Positions 33,762 to 35,389 of a DNA stretch of 35,389 bases are shown here, in pieces. Under the pieces are notes generated by a model. That model was given only the letters and a program-made list of their open reading frames with translations, was not told the DNA's origin and made no database searches. The stretch comes from Thermoanaerobaculia bacterium (GTDB lineage: Bacteria; Acidobacteriota; Thermoanaerobaculia; UBA5066; Gp7-AA6). Position 1 is the first letter of the stretch; every line of letters begins with the position of its first letter. Location of the stretch: the NCBI GenBank assembly GCA_036557025.1, contig DATBIJ010000283.1, forward strand, positions 1 to 35,389. Direction: 5' to 3'. The position numbers and the translations under genes are program-made.

Positions 33762-35287
33762 GCGAGAAGACGCGCGCCGCCGCGGGCGCGCTGCTGATCG
33801 CGGCGGTCATCGCCTTGCCGGGACTCTCCGCGTTCTCGCTCTTCGACGTGGACGAGGCCGTCTTCTCCGAGGCGACGCGGGAGATGGTGGTCTCGGGCGA
33901 CTACTGGACGCCCCGCTACAACGGCGCCGACCGCTTCGACAAGCCGATCCTCTTCTACTGGATCCAGGCGGGCTCGTTTCGTCTTCTGGGGGTGAACGAG
34001 CTCGCGGCGCGCCTGCCCAGCGCGCTCGCCGGGATCCTGCTGGCCGCGGCATGCTTCGCCTTCGCCCGGCGACTCTGGGGCGAGAGGGAGGCCCTGCGGG
34101 CGGCGGCGGCCTTCGCGTTGTGTCCCTTCTTCCTGGTCTACACCCACGCCGCGGTCACCGACATGCTGCTGTCGCTCTTCGTCGCGCTCTCGCTCTTCGG
34201 CTTCTCCGCCTGGGGAGACGCGCCGCCGGGATCGTCACAAGCGCGCCGCGGCCTATGGCTCTTCTACGGCGCCGCGGCGTTCGCCCTGTTGACGAAGGGG
34301 CTGATCGGCGTGCTGATCCCCGGTGGGACGGCGTTTCTCGCGCTGATGCTCTCGCGGGAGCGCCGCCGCCTGCTCGAAGTCCTCTCGCCGTCGGGGATCC
34401 TGCTGTTTCTCGCGATCGCGGTGCCGTGGCACGCCGTGATGCTCTCGCGGCACGGCGACGCGTTCGTGTCGGCCTACTTCGGCAAGCACCACTTCGCGCG
34501 ATACACGAGCGTCATCTCGGGGCACACCGGCCCCGTCTGGTACTTCCTGCCGGTGCTCGCGGTGGGCTTCTTCCCCTGGATCGCGAGGGTGCCCGAGGGC
34601 GTTCGCCAGGCCCTCGCGACTCGAAGGCTGTCCGAGAGAACCCTCGTGATCTGGCCGGCGCTCGTCTTGCTCTTCTTTTCCTTCTCGGTCACGAAGCTTC
34701 CCAACTACGTCCTGCCCTGCGTGCCGGCGCTGGCGCTGCTGGCCGCACGGGCGCGGGCGGGCCGCCTCGCGGCCCTCGTCGTCGCCGGCGTCGCCGCGGC
34801 GCTCGGTGCCGGCGTGATCGCGGCGATGCCCGCCGCCGCGCGGGAGGGTCTCTCGCCCGGCCCCGGATGGATCGCCGCGGCCGCGGCATTGGGAATCCTC
34901 GCGCTCGCCGCCGGCATCGCCGCGCGCCGCGATCCGTTCTGGTCGCTCGCGCCTCCGGCCGCGGCGTTTCTCCTCGCCGTGCTCTTCGGCGTCCTGCCGG
35001 CCTTCAACCGGCGGGCCCAGGGGACCCTGCGCGACTACGCGCTCGAGGCGCGGGCGCTTCCCGCCGATGCCACGCTGTTCGTCTACCGGATCAACGCCCC
35101 GAGCGTGTCGTTCTACGCGCGGCGGATCGTTCGGGTCGTCTCGGAGGCGGCGCCGCTGTCGGAAGAGGTGGGCGCGCCGGCGCTCGCGATCGCGAGGAGC
35201 TCCGACGCGGCCGAGCTGGAGCGGGCGGGATTCCGCAAGCGCAAGGACGACGGCACGTACGTCCTGCTGGAGCGTCCCGCCCCGTAG
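33758..35287 (+). CDS. GT-C fold glycosyltransferase, ArnT/PMT_2 (GT39/GT83-like) family.
   Basis: GTG 33758 overlaps the upstream stop (GTGA). The N-terminal pattern is FDVDEAVFSEATREMVVSGDYWTPRYNGADRFDKPILFYW, which includes the extracytoplasmic acidic motif of polyprenyl-P-sugar-using GT-C enzymes. About 11-12 TMs follow. Confidence 0.85.
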   Translation: MSEKTRAAAGALLIAAVIALPGLSAFSLFDVDEAVFSEATREMVVSGDYWTPRYNGADRFDKPILFYWIQAGSFRLLGVNELAARLPSALAGILLAAACFAFARRLWGEREALRAAAAFALCPFFLVYTHAAVTDMLLSLFVALSLFGFSAWGDAPPGSSQARRGLWLFYGAAAFALLTKGLIGVLIPGGTAFLALMLSRERRRLLEVLSPSGILLFLAIAVPWHAVMLSRHGDAFVSAYFGKHHFARYTSVISGHTGPVWYFLPVLAVGFFPWIARVPEGVRQALATRRLSERTLVIWPALVLLFFSFSVTKLPNYVLPCVPALALLAARARAGRLAALVVAGVAAALGAGVIAAMPAAAREGLSPGPGWIAAAAALGILALAAGIAARRDPFWSLAPPAAAFLLAVLFGVLPAFNRRAQGTLRDYALEARALPADATLFVYRINAPSVSFYARRIVRVVSEAAPLSEEVGAPALAIARSSDAAELERAGFRKRKDDGTYVLLERPAP

Positions 35288-35296
35288 GAGTCGGCG

Positions 35297-35389
35297 CTAC
35301 TTCTTCTTCGCCGGCTTCTTCGATGCGGGCTTCTTGCCGGCCGGCTTCTTCTTCGCCGCGGCCTTTTTCGGTGCCGCTTTCTTCGCAGG
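35297..35389 (-). CDS. 3' end (last 30 codons plus stop) of a gene encoding a Lys/Ala/Pro-rich, histone H1-like tail. The rest lies outside the window.
   Basis: Manual minus-strand translation to the window edge gives PAKKAAPKKAAAKKKPAGKKPASKKPAKKK followed by TAG (stop at 35297-35299). It is too short to appear in the ORF track. Confidence 0.5.
   Translation of the reverse strand, partial: PAKKAAPKKAAAKKKPAGKKPASKKPAKKK

Overview
This is a very GC-rich bacterial chromosomal segment (GC judged by eye, not computed). The GC-driven shadow ORFs, the Oar-like TonB-dependent receptor with a CarboxypepD_reg N-terminus and the abundance of envelope genes suggest an Acidobacteriota-like or similar Gram-negative lineage; that is inference only. 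I support about 31 CDS and no rRNA, tRNA or CRISPR. In order, the window contains: the 3' part of dnaE2; a single-gene RAYT/IS200-like Y1 transposase fused to a DnaA domain-IV HTH and bracketed by 27-30 nt inverted repeats; a ~2035-aa thioester (CTEQ) alpha-2-macroglobulin; a small secreted protein; and an Oar-like TonB-dependent receptor behind a ~530-bp repeat-rich leader. Next comes a MacA-like adaptor with two MacB/FtsX-type permeases and a separate ATPase. A tightly coupled plus-strand run follows (SRPBCC, MgtC, APC permease, fused PxpB-PxpC, PxpA, holin-X/YqjE-like, YqjK-like), then a His/Tyr-rich secreted protein, an SGNH hydrolase and an ABC-2 exporter pair. After these are two small uncharacterised gene pairs (an AT-hook-like basic protein with a degenerate PilZ-like protein, and a zinc-ribbon membrane protein with a DUF3052-like protein), a DapA-family gene with Ser where the catalytic-relay Tyr is expected, and an M20 peptidase. 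The window ends with a four-gene envelope glycosylation module (membrane CX5R phosphatase, ArnC-like GT2, LPG-synthase-TM flippase-like protein, ArnT/GT39-like GT-C) and the Lys/Ala-rich tail of a minus-strand gene. Most of the window looks like ordinary core or envelope genome. The best candidates for something under-described are the RAYT-DnaA_C unit with its flanking repeats, the GGACGAA-repeat leader upstream of the receptor, the phosphatase-linked glycosylation module and the small coupled gene pairs. I found no recognisable defence system.
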